From positions 62,001-86,750 of the forward strand of contig CAYUVA010000014.1 of assembly GCA_964448115.1 (NCBI GenBank): 24,750 nt of DNA, given 5' to 3'. The notes under the pieces are model-generated. The model was not told the origin of the DNA. It searched no databases and saw only the letters and a list, made by a program, of their open reading frames with translations. This DNA is from an uncultured bacterium (GTDB lineage: Bacteria; CAYUVA01). Shown one piece after another: positions 17,052 through 24,750 of this stretch; position 1 is the first letter of the stretch; every line of letters begins with the position of its first letter. The position numbers and the translations under genes are program-made.

Positions 17052-18178
17052 TGGAAAAGTTTGATGTAAAACTGCTTGAATGTATCCAATGCAATAAATG
17101 TACCATGCACTGCCCGCTTCACGCTGCGGACATCACCTACTCCCCGCGTGAGCTGATACTCAGGGCATTGCTCGGCAAAGAAGATGAGCTGCAACAGGAC
17201 AAGGATATCTATCGCTGCCTCACCTGCTATACCTGCTACGAGGTCTGCCCCTCCAAGAACAAGCTGGTCAACTTCGTCTTCGATGCCCGAAAGGAGGCGC
17301 TGCAAAAGGGATATCTATCCGAGTGTAAGCACGGGATGATCCTGCGCAGCATACAGAATATGCAAGCCAATATCGATGTCAGCCAGAACCGCACAGAGTG
17401 GCTGGACCCTGCCCAGGTCTCTGATACGAGCGATACGATGTACTTCGTCGGCTGCCTCCCCATCTTCGATAATATATTCACCCATACCGACAGCACCAAC
17501 ATCGGCAGGAGTGTGCTCAAATTGCTCAATGCTGCCGGGATCAAGCCCTACATATCGCCGGATGAGAAGTGCTGCGGGTATGACCTGCTCTGGAACGGCG
17601 ATAGGGATAACTTTAACCGGCTGGCTGAGCACAATATCAAGATGATAAAGGACAAGGGGATAAAGACGGTTGTCCTCTCCTGCGCCGAGGGGTATGTAAC
17701 CCTCAAAGAACACTATGCTGAGCTATGGGGGGATGGGAAGCCTGAGATCTACCATATCTCGCAGTACCTGGACAAGCTGATCAGCGACGGAACATTGAAG
17801 CTGACCAAGGAGGTTAACAAGCGGGTAACCTATCATGACCCCTGTCGCTTAGGGAGGATCGGCAAAGAATACGAGGCACCGCGCCGTGTGCTAGCCGCCA
17901 TTCCCGGAGTCGAGCTTATCGAGATGCCGCGCAATAAAGCCGAGGCGGTCTGCTGCGGAGTGGGCAACTTCTCCAACTGCGACTCGGTAACCAAGTTCAT
18001 CCAGCACGACCGCATGACAGAGGCAGCCTCGACCGGCGCCGAGGCGGTCATTACCACCTGCCCCAAGTGCAGGATACACCTTAACTGCTACCTGGACGGC
18101 AAGCCGATAGAGCCTATTGATGGGATTCGATTAGTTGATCTAACCGAGTTGGCTGCGGAAGCGCTGGAAGAGGAGTAG
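17051..18178 (+). CDS. HdrD-like Fe-S oxidoreductase (4Fe-4S dicluster plus two CCG domains)
   Basis: CIQCNKCTMHCP, CLTCYTCYEVCP, YFVGC, EKCCG, SCAEGY, VTYHDPCRLGR, VCCG, TTCPKC. TAATG overlap with mvhD. Confidence 0.87.
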   Translation: MEKFDVKLLECIQCNKCTMHCPLHAADITYSPRELILRALLGKEDELQQDKDIYRCLTCYTCYEVCPSKNKLVNFVFDARKEALQKGYLSECKHGMILRSIQNMQANIDVSQNRTEWLDPAQVSDTSDTMYFVGCLPIFDNIFTHTDSTNIGRSVLKLLNAAGIKPYISPDEKCCGYDLLWNGDRDNFNRLAEHNIKMIKDKGIKTVVLSCAEGYVTLKEHYAELWGDGKPEIYHISQYLDKLISDGTLKLTKEVNKRVTYHDPCRLGRIGKEYEAPRRVLAAIPGVELIEMPRNKAEAVCCGVGNFSNCDSVTKFIQHDRMTEAASTGAEAVITTCPKCRIHLNCYLDGKPIEPIDGIRLVDLTELAAEALEEE

Positions 18179-18248
18179 AAAAAAATCTAAGGTACCAAAT
18201 CGGGAGAGAATTGGGTTATATAGAAAGGTCTAGTAGGATCTAAAGATA

Positions 18249-19773
18249 ATGGAAAGTTTTAATATAACATTGATTTTAATTATAGGTTCTATATTTATTA
18301 TTCTATATTTAGGTTTTTTATGCATACAAAATATAACCCAGGCCGAGAGATGCCCGGTGGATACCATCATTTACAGAGAATCTCTGCTTAACACACTAAA
18401 TGGCTGTCTATTATGTAACCGAATTGAGGGTCATTTTTTTTCTCCTGTAAGTATAGCATCTTCTTCAAACTATATATCACATATTGCAATTCATAATCAA
18501 TTTGTTTTGTTGTTGTTCATTCCTTTTGCGCTGATACATAGAATACTACCGCTTGAGATTTCATTAACAATTTTACAAATAATAATATTGTATGGAATCG
18601 GTTCACTTTTGTTGTTTAGATATTTTTTAGATGAAAATATGGATAAAAATACATCGCTATTATGTGCTTTACTATTTTTGTTTAACCCTCAACTATTCCT
18701 TATATCCCAAGAATATCATCCAATTGTCTTTAGCATTCCATTAATTATACTTTTCATTATGTCAGTTAAACATTCAACATATATTACTATTATTTTGACC
18801 AGCATTTTTTTAACACTTATTAGAGAAGATCTTAACTTCACCTTGGTATTATTGGGAGTGTATATATTCTTTTGGGGGAGCAATACCTGGAGCAATGTTA
18901 ATATGAGAAAAGCAAGAATTTCAGGACTAGTATTATCTCTTAGCGCGGTTTTTTCTTACCTAGTTTACAATAATTATTTAGTCAATCTTTTCGCTCCATA
19001 TAAGCTCAATCCATGGAACCGCTTCGAACCGTTTGGAAGTAGCTTGAGTCAGATTATGATTACTGTTTTCTCACAACCGCTGTTCACTATGGAACAACTA
19101 CCTTGGTTAGATATATCAAAATGGCTGATTGCTATTCTGCTGCCGCTTGGTTTTTTGCCATTGATAAGACCCCATTTGATTCCTTTGGCAGTGAATTCTT
19201 GGGCGTTAGTGTTATTTTCGCGGTTCTCTGAGGATATGCTACCCGATGCAAGATATCATATACCTCTTTTATGTCTATTATTTATAACAATGCCAATAGC
19301 TATTAATACCATAAAAAACAAAGCTACTGTTCTAAAGTATATTAAAATATATTTAATCATCTTATTGATTTTTAATTTTACATTCGTGATCTTATTCGAT
19401 TACTGGGAATTCGTTCAGCATGGCTATATTGTATCAGCGAATTTCGCTAAACGACCCAACCATGAATTCCATATAATTAAGGATAAATATCTGCTTGATT
19501 CTCTGGAAGGAGAAATCATTGTCAGCAGCTTTTATCTTAGACACTTCAGAAATGCGTATCCTTTGCATGAGGGTATTTTAGACTATGTACGGGAGCCAGA
19601 TGTCATTTTAATAGATAAGGACACAAGCTGGCTGGCCAATGCAGGATATTAGCTATAACATGAAGATTATCGACCATTTCACAGATGAAATAACCTCAAA
19701 AGAAAAATATGAAGTGATGTACGAAAGCACAAGATTTTTTATTATATCAAAATTAATAAGTAGGAGTAAATGA
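18249..19773 (+). pseudogene. DUF2079-like polytopic membrane protein (GT-C-like) with a frameshift near the 3' end; the main ORF is 18249-19652
   Basis: Multi-TM 467 aa ORF with HIAIHNQFVLLL, LFNPQL, EYHP, LIREDL, LLPLGFLPL, RYH. The +1 frame is open from 19615 to a TGA at 19771-19773 that forms an ATGA overlap with the next gene. (GCTG)2 duplication at 19627-19634. Confidence 0.6.
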
Positions 19774-21065
19774 TGAGAATTAATATTCTAATTACAAATG
19801 CAATAAATTTATTGGTTGTCGAAACAGCAATGAGTTATCAAATATGGGAAAAGAATCCATTAAACCCAATTTTATCAGGATCTACCTCAGAAACTTATTT
19901 CGATTTCATGGGAATAGGAGGTTTTTCTGTATTGTATCTTCCTGAGGTAGATCCGGTTTATCCCTTCAAACTATGGTACACAGGTTATGGACTTGAACCT
20001 GTTCCTTCTCCACCTTATTTTTCTTACAGACAGAGGATAGGGTTTGTAAAATCATCTGATGGGATCAACTGGATAAAGGTGCAGGGACCTGGTGAATATG
20101 GTGAAGTTATTAAGTTAGGTGATCCAGATGATGAGGATGATGTACATGTAACTTATCCAATCGTTTTTTATAACGAGAATAAAGGTGGCTACACAATGCT
20201 ATATACGGGGGATAGAGGATTATATGGTCAATTATTTACTGCTTTTTCCTATGATGGAATCCATTGGGGGAAATATCAATTTAATCCAATTTTTGATTTT
20301 GGCAATTTACCGACTCCTTTTAGCAAATGGTTTGTAACTCCAAACTGGCGATGTATGACAAGTGCCTCTTCTCTAGTTAAAATTAATGATAATTCATATT
20401 TATTATTTATAAATGGCAGACAGGATCTTTCAAGTTCTATAAATCCCACATCATATATAGGTAGAATTTCTTCTAATAATCTAATTGGCTGGAACTTTTC
20501 ACAAGATTTAGTTGTTTTATCGCCTGAATTTTTTACAGATGCTTTTGATAATATAGGTTTAGGTTTCTTAGGCGGTGTTGATGTTATATTAAAAGATAAT
20601 AAGTATTATTTATATTATACAGGATTGTCCATTGAAAATTTCTATTGTACAGAAATTAAAGAAAACTTTCGTGGAGAAAGAATAGGATATGCCACTTCAT
20701 CTGATGGTATTCATTGGAATAAATGTTACACTCCTCCAGAATTAAACATTACAAAATATGGATCTACTCTTGATAAAGGAAATATTGGAGATTTTGATAG
20801 TTATAGCGTTAAATGGCCGCGAGTAATTAAAATAGATATTAATGGTGATGTATCCTATCGTATGTATTATATAGGAGAAATGAAAATTGATGAGGATGAG
20901 ATTATAACTCAGTTGGGTTATGCTGAGTTAATATTTGAGAATGATGAATGCTATTATTATATTAAAATACCATTAAATAGCTTTATTTCGTTATTTGTAT
21001 TAATATCAATATATACATTAACCCTGATGAAGATTTATAAAGGATCTGTAAATGAGTACAAATAA
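19770..21065 (+). CDS. Five-bladed beta-propeller glycoside hydrolase-like protein (GH32/43/130 clan) with a C-terminal membrane anchor
   Basis: Repeated blades WEKNPLNPIL, KLWYTG..RIGFVKSSDGINWIK, MLYTG..AFSYDGIHWGK..NPI, LYYTG..RIGYATSSDGIHWNK, RMYYIG..LGYA. Hydrophobic N-terminus and C-terminal IPLNSFISLFVLISIYTLTLMKIYK. Confidence 0.72.
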   Translation: MMRINILITNAINLLVVETAMSYQIWEKNPLNPILSGSTSETYFDFMGIGGFSVLYLPEVDPVYPFKLWYTGYGLEPVPSPPYFSYRQRIGFVKSSDGINWIKVQGPGEYGEVIKLGDPDDEDDVHVTYPIVFYNENKGGYTMLYTGDRGLYGQLFTAFSYDGIHWGKYQFNPIFDFGNLPTPFSKWFVTPNWRCMTSASSLVKINDNSYLLFINGRQDLSSSINPTSYIGRISSNNLIGWNFSQDLVVLSPEFFTDAFDNIGLGFLGGVDVILKDNKYYLYYTGLSIENFYCTEIKENFRGERIGYATSSDGIHWNKCYTPPELNITKYGSTLDKGNIGDFDSYSVKWPRVIKIDINGDVSYRMYYIGEMKIDEDEIITQLGYAELIFENDECYYYIKIPLNSFISLFVLISIYTLTLMKIYKGSVNEYK

Positions 21066-21151
21066 CATCCTTTCATGGGTATCCAATATCGGTTCACGGT
21101 CAACAGTTGACAAATGGCGGTTTAATATCCCCCACTGTCATTCTCATATAG

Positions 21152-21174
21152 GCAAGACCTTAGTTCTTGCTTTT
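21152..21174 (+). terminator. Possible weak intrinsic terminator after the AT-rich islet
   Basis: GCAAGA-CCTTAGT-TCTTGC followed by TTTT. Confidence 0.35.
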
Positions 21175-21212
21175 AAAAAAAGTTTAGGATAGAAAGTCAA
21201 GGAGGACTTAAA

Positions 21213-22733
21213 ATGGGATTAGATAATAATAAACTCGAAGACCTCAAGGGATTCCTCAAGGAAAAAGGGATCCTGTTCAAGGATAGAGGCTTGGAGGGCT
21301 ACATGGGAGATGCCTCCTTTATGGTGCTGGGCATACCTCCGATAGTCATATTCCTGAGAACCGAGGAGCAAGCGCTGGTTGTGGTCGATTATGCGGTGAA
21401 GAATAGGCTCAAGGCGACCATTCGCGCAATGGGTTCAGGCACAGCTGGCGCCACCCTAGCCCCGGATGATACGATAATACTCGTGGTAGAGAGCCTCGGA
21501 GTAACCAATAAATGGGGTCAAAGGTTGGCTATAGTTCCCTTCAAGATAGTTGATAAGAAGGGAAATGAGGTCGAGGAACCAGACCGTTGCGATGACAGCG
21601 AGTATTATGTCCGCACCCCGGCAGGCGCCTCCACAGAGGAGCTTGACCGCGCACTCAAGCCGCATGGCTATCATGTCGCCGTAGTACCCTCTAGTGGATG
21701 GAGCAGCGTGGGGGGGAATTTTTCCACTAATGCAGGTGGAAACGGCACCACTACTTATGGCACCTTCAAGGATATAGTCAATCACCTGCGCATGATCGTT
21801 ACCGATAATAATGGTGCTAAGATTATCGAGATCGATGATGTCGATGAAATAAAGAAGATCGGCGGACACCAGGGGCTTTACGGCATCATCACCGAGCTTG
21901 ATGTTCGCATCGTTCCCATAAAGACCGAAGAGCAGCTCTTGTCCGCTGTGGTCGCCATAGAGGCTGCTGACATCGAGACGGTTGGCGAGCAGGCTGGAAG
22001 GCTGATGCTGAAGGTGCAAGAGAATATACCGGTCATCATCGGCGAGTTTCTGCTGGTCGATGCCCTGCTCCTCTCGGCAGATGATCCGCTGCGCAAGGAT
22101 GCTGAGCTTGGCGAGTTCTTCGATATCGATAAGGACAAGATGAAGATGCTCATTCTCTACCAGGGCATCAAGGATAAGATCGGCGATAAGCTGGAAAAGT
22201 TGGTTGAGGATATCAAGGGCGCTGCCTACAAGGAAATCAGCCTGGCAGGCTTTAAGACCATGCTCGGTGTGCGCAAGGCTGCCACTGGCAAGTCGCTTCA
22301 GCGCGTCGCCATTCCCGGCTTCGAGGATATCTTCGTCGCGGACCTGACCAAGCTGGGCATCGTGCTCAAGCGCATCTTCGAGATCACCAGCGGCACGCTT
22401 CCAGGTCGCCCCATCGGGCATCAGTACATAGACGGCGCGGTGATCCACTACCGCCCCCAGGCACAGGTTACCGAGCGCGAGTTCAAGAAAGCCTGGGAGC
22501 TGAACAATAAGCTCGGCGAGGAGATCTTCGGCAATGTGGACAAGTACGCTACATATAAGCGCAGGGAGCATGGACTTGGCTTGGAGCTTTATGCCTCATC
22601 TGATGAGCCAAAGCGCAAGGAAATCCTGGCGATGAAGAAGAAGTATGATCCAGCAGGCGTCTTCAGCCCGCACCTTTTAAGCGAGAAGCCTAAGCTAAAA
22701 TTCATTGGCGATCTCCTGGCAGGGATAAAGTAG
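21213..22733 (+). CDS. FAD-binding oxidoreductase, divergent GlcD / D-lactate (D-2-hydroxyacid) dehydrogenase family
   Basis: RBS AAGGAGG. VAO/PCMH-type motifs IRAMGSGTAGA, PSS..SSVGGNFSTNAGG, YGTFKDIV, GHQGLYGIIT, GHQYIDGAVIH, REHGLG, KKKYDPAGVFSPH. Confidence 0.8.
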   Translation: MGLDNNKLEDLKGFLKEKGILFKDRGLEGYMGDASFMVLGIPPIVIFLRTEEQALVVVDYAVKNRLKATIRAMGSGTAGATLAPDDTIILVVESLGVTNKWGQRLAIVPFKIVDKKGNEVEEPDRCDDSEYYVRTPAGASTEELDRALKPHGYHVAVVPSSGWSSVGGNFSTNAGGNGTTTYGTFKDIVNHLRMIVTDNNGAKIIEIDDVDEIKKIGGHQGLYGIITELDVRIVPIKTEEQLLSAVVAIEAADIETVGEQAGRLMLKVQENIPVIIGEFLLVDALLLSADDPLRKDAELGEFFDIDKDKMKMLILYQGIKDKIGDKLEKLVEDIKGAAYKEISLAGFKTMLGVRKAATGKSLQRVAIPGFEDIFVADLTKLGIVLKRIFEITSGTLPGRPIGHQYIDGAVIHYRPQAQVTEREFKKAWELNNKLGEEIFGNVDKYATYKRREHGLGLELYASSDEPKRKEILAMKKKYDPAGVFSPHLLSEKPKLKFIGDLLAGIK

Positions 22734-22749
22734 CTCGAACACGATCTTC

Positions 22750-22778
22750 TTGACATAGCATCCTCTGAACATTATATT
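22750..22778 (+). promoter_or_regulatory. Near-consensus sigma70 promoter for the terminal AT-rich islet
   Basis: TTGACA (22750-22755), 17-nt spacer, TATATT (22773-22778). RBS AAGGAG at 22791-22796 before GTG at 22805. Confidence 0.7.
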
Positions 22779-22804
22779 AACTACTGAGAAAAGGAGTCGA
22801 TATT

Positions 22805-23392
22805 GTGTTCAGATGGATAGACGAGCTGAATAAACTAAATAAATGGAGATACCCACTTGCTGGCTATCAAGGTCTGTTAAAACTAGCCGAAAACCCTTGG
22901 CAGAAATACAATAATTTATTCAAATTAAAGTCAATTTTGCTCGGAATGTCATCATCTATTGATATTTGGGGCAATTTATATAGACATAAAATAAAAAATT
23001 CCTTTATTAATAATGATTATACTGCCTTAAAATCAGATTGGGAGGCAATAGGAAAAGATATGAAAAATGCAATAAGATCCTATTCTGATCATAACGATGA
23101 ATTAAAAATATCTTTGGATAATATTAATGATATACCTGAAGATATCCAAAATGCAATAAAATCCTTTCGACAAGCATTAACAAATTTATTAGATATAATT
23201 AGATCAAATAAGCAAATAAAAGATGATTTACAAGAATTACTAAAAAACTACCAAGATAATGAAGAGCAGTTAATAAATGAATTAGAAAAATATAAGGATA
23301 TCCATGAGACAATAAAAGATATAATTGTATCTTTTAAAAACATACAAAATAAGTTGATGTTATTACAAAATAATAAGAAAGATATTTATTGA
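22805..23392 (+). CDS. Hypothetical protein with an 'ALKSDWEAIGKDM' motif and a C-terminal coiled coil
   Basis: 195 aa, GTG start with RBS. GMSSSIDIWG...DYTALKSDWEAIGKDMKNAI resembles small proteins I recall being encoded just upstream of DUF2335 genes. K/N/Q/E-rich helical tail. Confidence 0.65.
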   Translation: MFRWIDELNKLNKWRYPLAGYQGLLKLAENPWQKYNNLFKLKSILLGMSSSIDIWGNLYRHKIKNSFINNDYTALKSDWEAIGKDMKNAIRSYSDHNDELKISLDNINDIPEDIQNAIKSFRQALTNLLDIIRSNKQIKDDLQELLKNYQDNEEQLINELEKYKDIHETIKDIIVSFKNIQNKLMLLQNNKKDIY

Positions 23393-23393
23393 T

Positions 23394-23831
23394 ATGGAAT
23401 CAGATAAGCCTAAACGACAATCTGAGTTACAAGAAGATGGGGAAAAAGAATCAAAATCATCAGTTACTATTACAGCACAATTATTGCACCAAGTACTACA
23501 ATTTGAAAGTCCACTTCCAGATCCAAAGATCTTAAAAGAATATGAAGATATAACTTCTGGCTCTGCTGAGAGAATTCTTAAGCTAACAGAAGAACAGGCA
23601 CGGCATCGTCAGGAACTTGAGAAAATGATTATCAAAAGTGCTGTTAAAAGAGAATCAAGAGGTCAATGGTTTGGATTGATTTTTGGATTCGTTGCAATTA
23701 TAAGTGGGATTACTTGCGTGCTATTAGGTCATGATTGGGCTGGAGCAACTATTGCTGTTTCTGGAATTGGCAGTTTGGCAGCGGTATTTGTGATAGGGAA
23801 AAAGATGCTAGAATATGAAAATAATAAATGA
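23394..23831 (+). CDS. DUF2335 family membrane protein
   Basis: FESPLPDPKILKEYEDITSGSAERILKLTEEQARHRQELE followed by RGQWFG and two TM helices. Confidence 0.85.
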   Translation: MESDKPKRQSELQEDGEKESKSSVTITAQLLHQVLQFESPLPDPKILKEYEDITSGSAERILKLTEEQARHRQELEKMIIKSAVKRESRGQWFGLIFGFVAIISGITCVLLGHDWAGATIAVSGIGSLAAVFVIGKKMLEYENNK

Positions 23832-23838
23832 TGCTAAT

Positions 23839-24750
23839 ATGTTACCGAATATGATAGAAGAGCTTACTAAAAAAATAGGAGAAATAAAAAATAGTATTGA
23901 AATCAATTCTTTGGAAATACCTGCAATTAAACAAGCAATTGTTATGCCTATATTATATGCACTAAATTGGGATATATTTAATATCAATGAAGTTTCCCCT
24001 GAATTCTCCAATGAAAAAGAAAAAATTGATTATTCTTTACGCATAGATAATAATGATAAAATATTAATTAAGATATTATCTCGATTATCTAATTTAGATA
24101 GACATCAAAATCAACTAATACAATTTTCATATAATAAAGATGTACCTTTAGCAGTAATTACAAATGGCAATCATTGGTGGCTATATTTGCCTTTGAAAGA
24201 TGATCAAAATGATAACAAATTATTCCATACTTTTAATTTGCTAGATTGTGATGATGAATTATTATCAAAATATTTTGTTATGTTTTTATCGAAGGATTAT
24301 TGTATATCTGGCAGAAATATTGAATATGCAAATGATATTTATTATGAAACACAAAAGAAAATTCTAATAGAAAAAACATTAAATGAGGCATGGGAAAAGC
24401 TGATCAGCGAGCCAGATGATTTAATCGTCGATTTGTTAAGGGAAGCTACAGAAAGACTTTGCGGACATATACCCGAAAAAGATATGGTTATCAATTTTTT
24501 ACATGCCCAATATGAAAAAATTAAATCATTATCTCCAGAAAAAATTATAGCTAATAATTCATTAAATTATAAATCATCTCGAACAAGAAGAACTAATGGA
24601 CAATATAATTATCTTCATAAAAAAATTTCTAGTTTTACATTTTTAGGTAAAAGGTATTATGTAAATACTTGGGTTGAGCTTTTGATTAATCTATTAGATA
24701 TTATTAATACCTTAAACAAAGATAGAATAATTAATTTACTTAAATTAAAA
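23839..24750 (+). CDS. HsdR N-terminal-like (restriction-endonuclease-fold) protein, partial at the window end
   Basis: Not in the ORF track; translated by hand and open to the window end (alternative ATGs at 23815 and 23851). KQAIVMPILYALNWDIFNINEVSPEF...IDYSL...HQNQLIQFS...AVITNGNHWWLYLP...EAWEKLISEPDDLIVDLLREATERLCG...SSFTFLGKRYYVNTWVELL. Confidence 0.8.
   Translation, partial: MLPNMIEELTKKIGEIKNSIEINSLEIPAIKQAIVMPILYALNWDIFNINEVSPEFSNEKEKIDYSLRIDNNDKILIKILSRLSNLDRHQNQLIQFSYNKDVPLAVITNGNHWWLYLPLKDDQNDNKLFHTFNLLDCDDELLSKYFVMFLSKDYCISGRNIEYANDIYYETQKKILIEKTLNEAWEKLISEPDDLIVDLLREATERLCGHIPEKDMVINFLHAQYEKIKSLSPEKIIANNSLNYKSSRTRRTNGQYNYLHKKISSFTFLGKRYYVNTWVELLINLLDIINTLNKDRIINLLKLK

Noticed and set aside
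19650-19658. Pyrrolysine or other readthrough of the TAG ending the DUF2079-like ORF
   Set aside because: The same frame hits TAA two codons later (TAG CTA TAA). The plausible continuation is in the +1 frame.
21107-21135. Sigma70 promoter at TTGACA upstream of the GlcD-like gene
   Set aside because: No -10 hexamer at 16-18 nt spacing; TAATAT is only 10 nt away.
21456-22571. 371-aa minus-strand ORF
   Set aside because: Lies entirely antisense to the FAD oxidoreductase and has no recognisable motifs. It is a shadow ORF caused by codon bias.

Overview
Bacterial window, probably from an anaerobe, with all credible genes on the + strand. (1) 82-8434: a secreted TPR/carbohydrate-binding-like protein, then a type IVa pilus assembly operon pilMNOPQ extended by two lipoprotein genes (one unknown, one with tandem Big_1/invasin-type Ig domains). 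(2) 8435-9116: a ~680-bp intergenic region packed with several different, mostly degenerate palindromic REP/MITE-like elements. (3) 9117-18178 plus 21213-22733: a putative 2-hydroxyacid (lactate-type) oxidation module made of a LarA-family racemase, an Ldh_2-family dehydrogenase, hdrC, hdrB, a large HdrA with an internal GltD-like NAD(P)H domain (HdrL-type), mvhD, an HdrD-like CCG protein and a divergent GlcD/D-lactate-dehydrogenase-like flavoprotein. (4) 18249-21065: an AT-rich islet inside that module, carrying a DUF2079-like membrane protein apparently frameshifted by a 4-bp duplication and a beta-propeller glycosidase-like protein. (5) 22750-24750: an AT-rich islet with a near-consensus sigma70 promoter, a 'DWxxIGxD' hypothetical, a DUF2335 protein and an HsdR-N-terminal-like protein whose nuclease motif looks degenerate (not in the ORF track, runs off the window). 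All family assignments come from motif recognition by eye; no searches were run.
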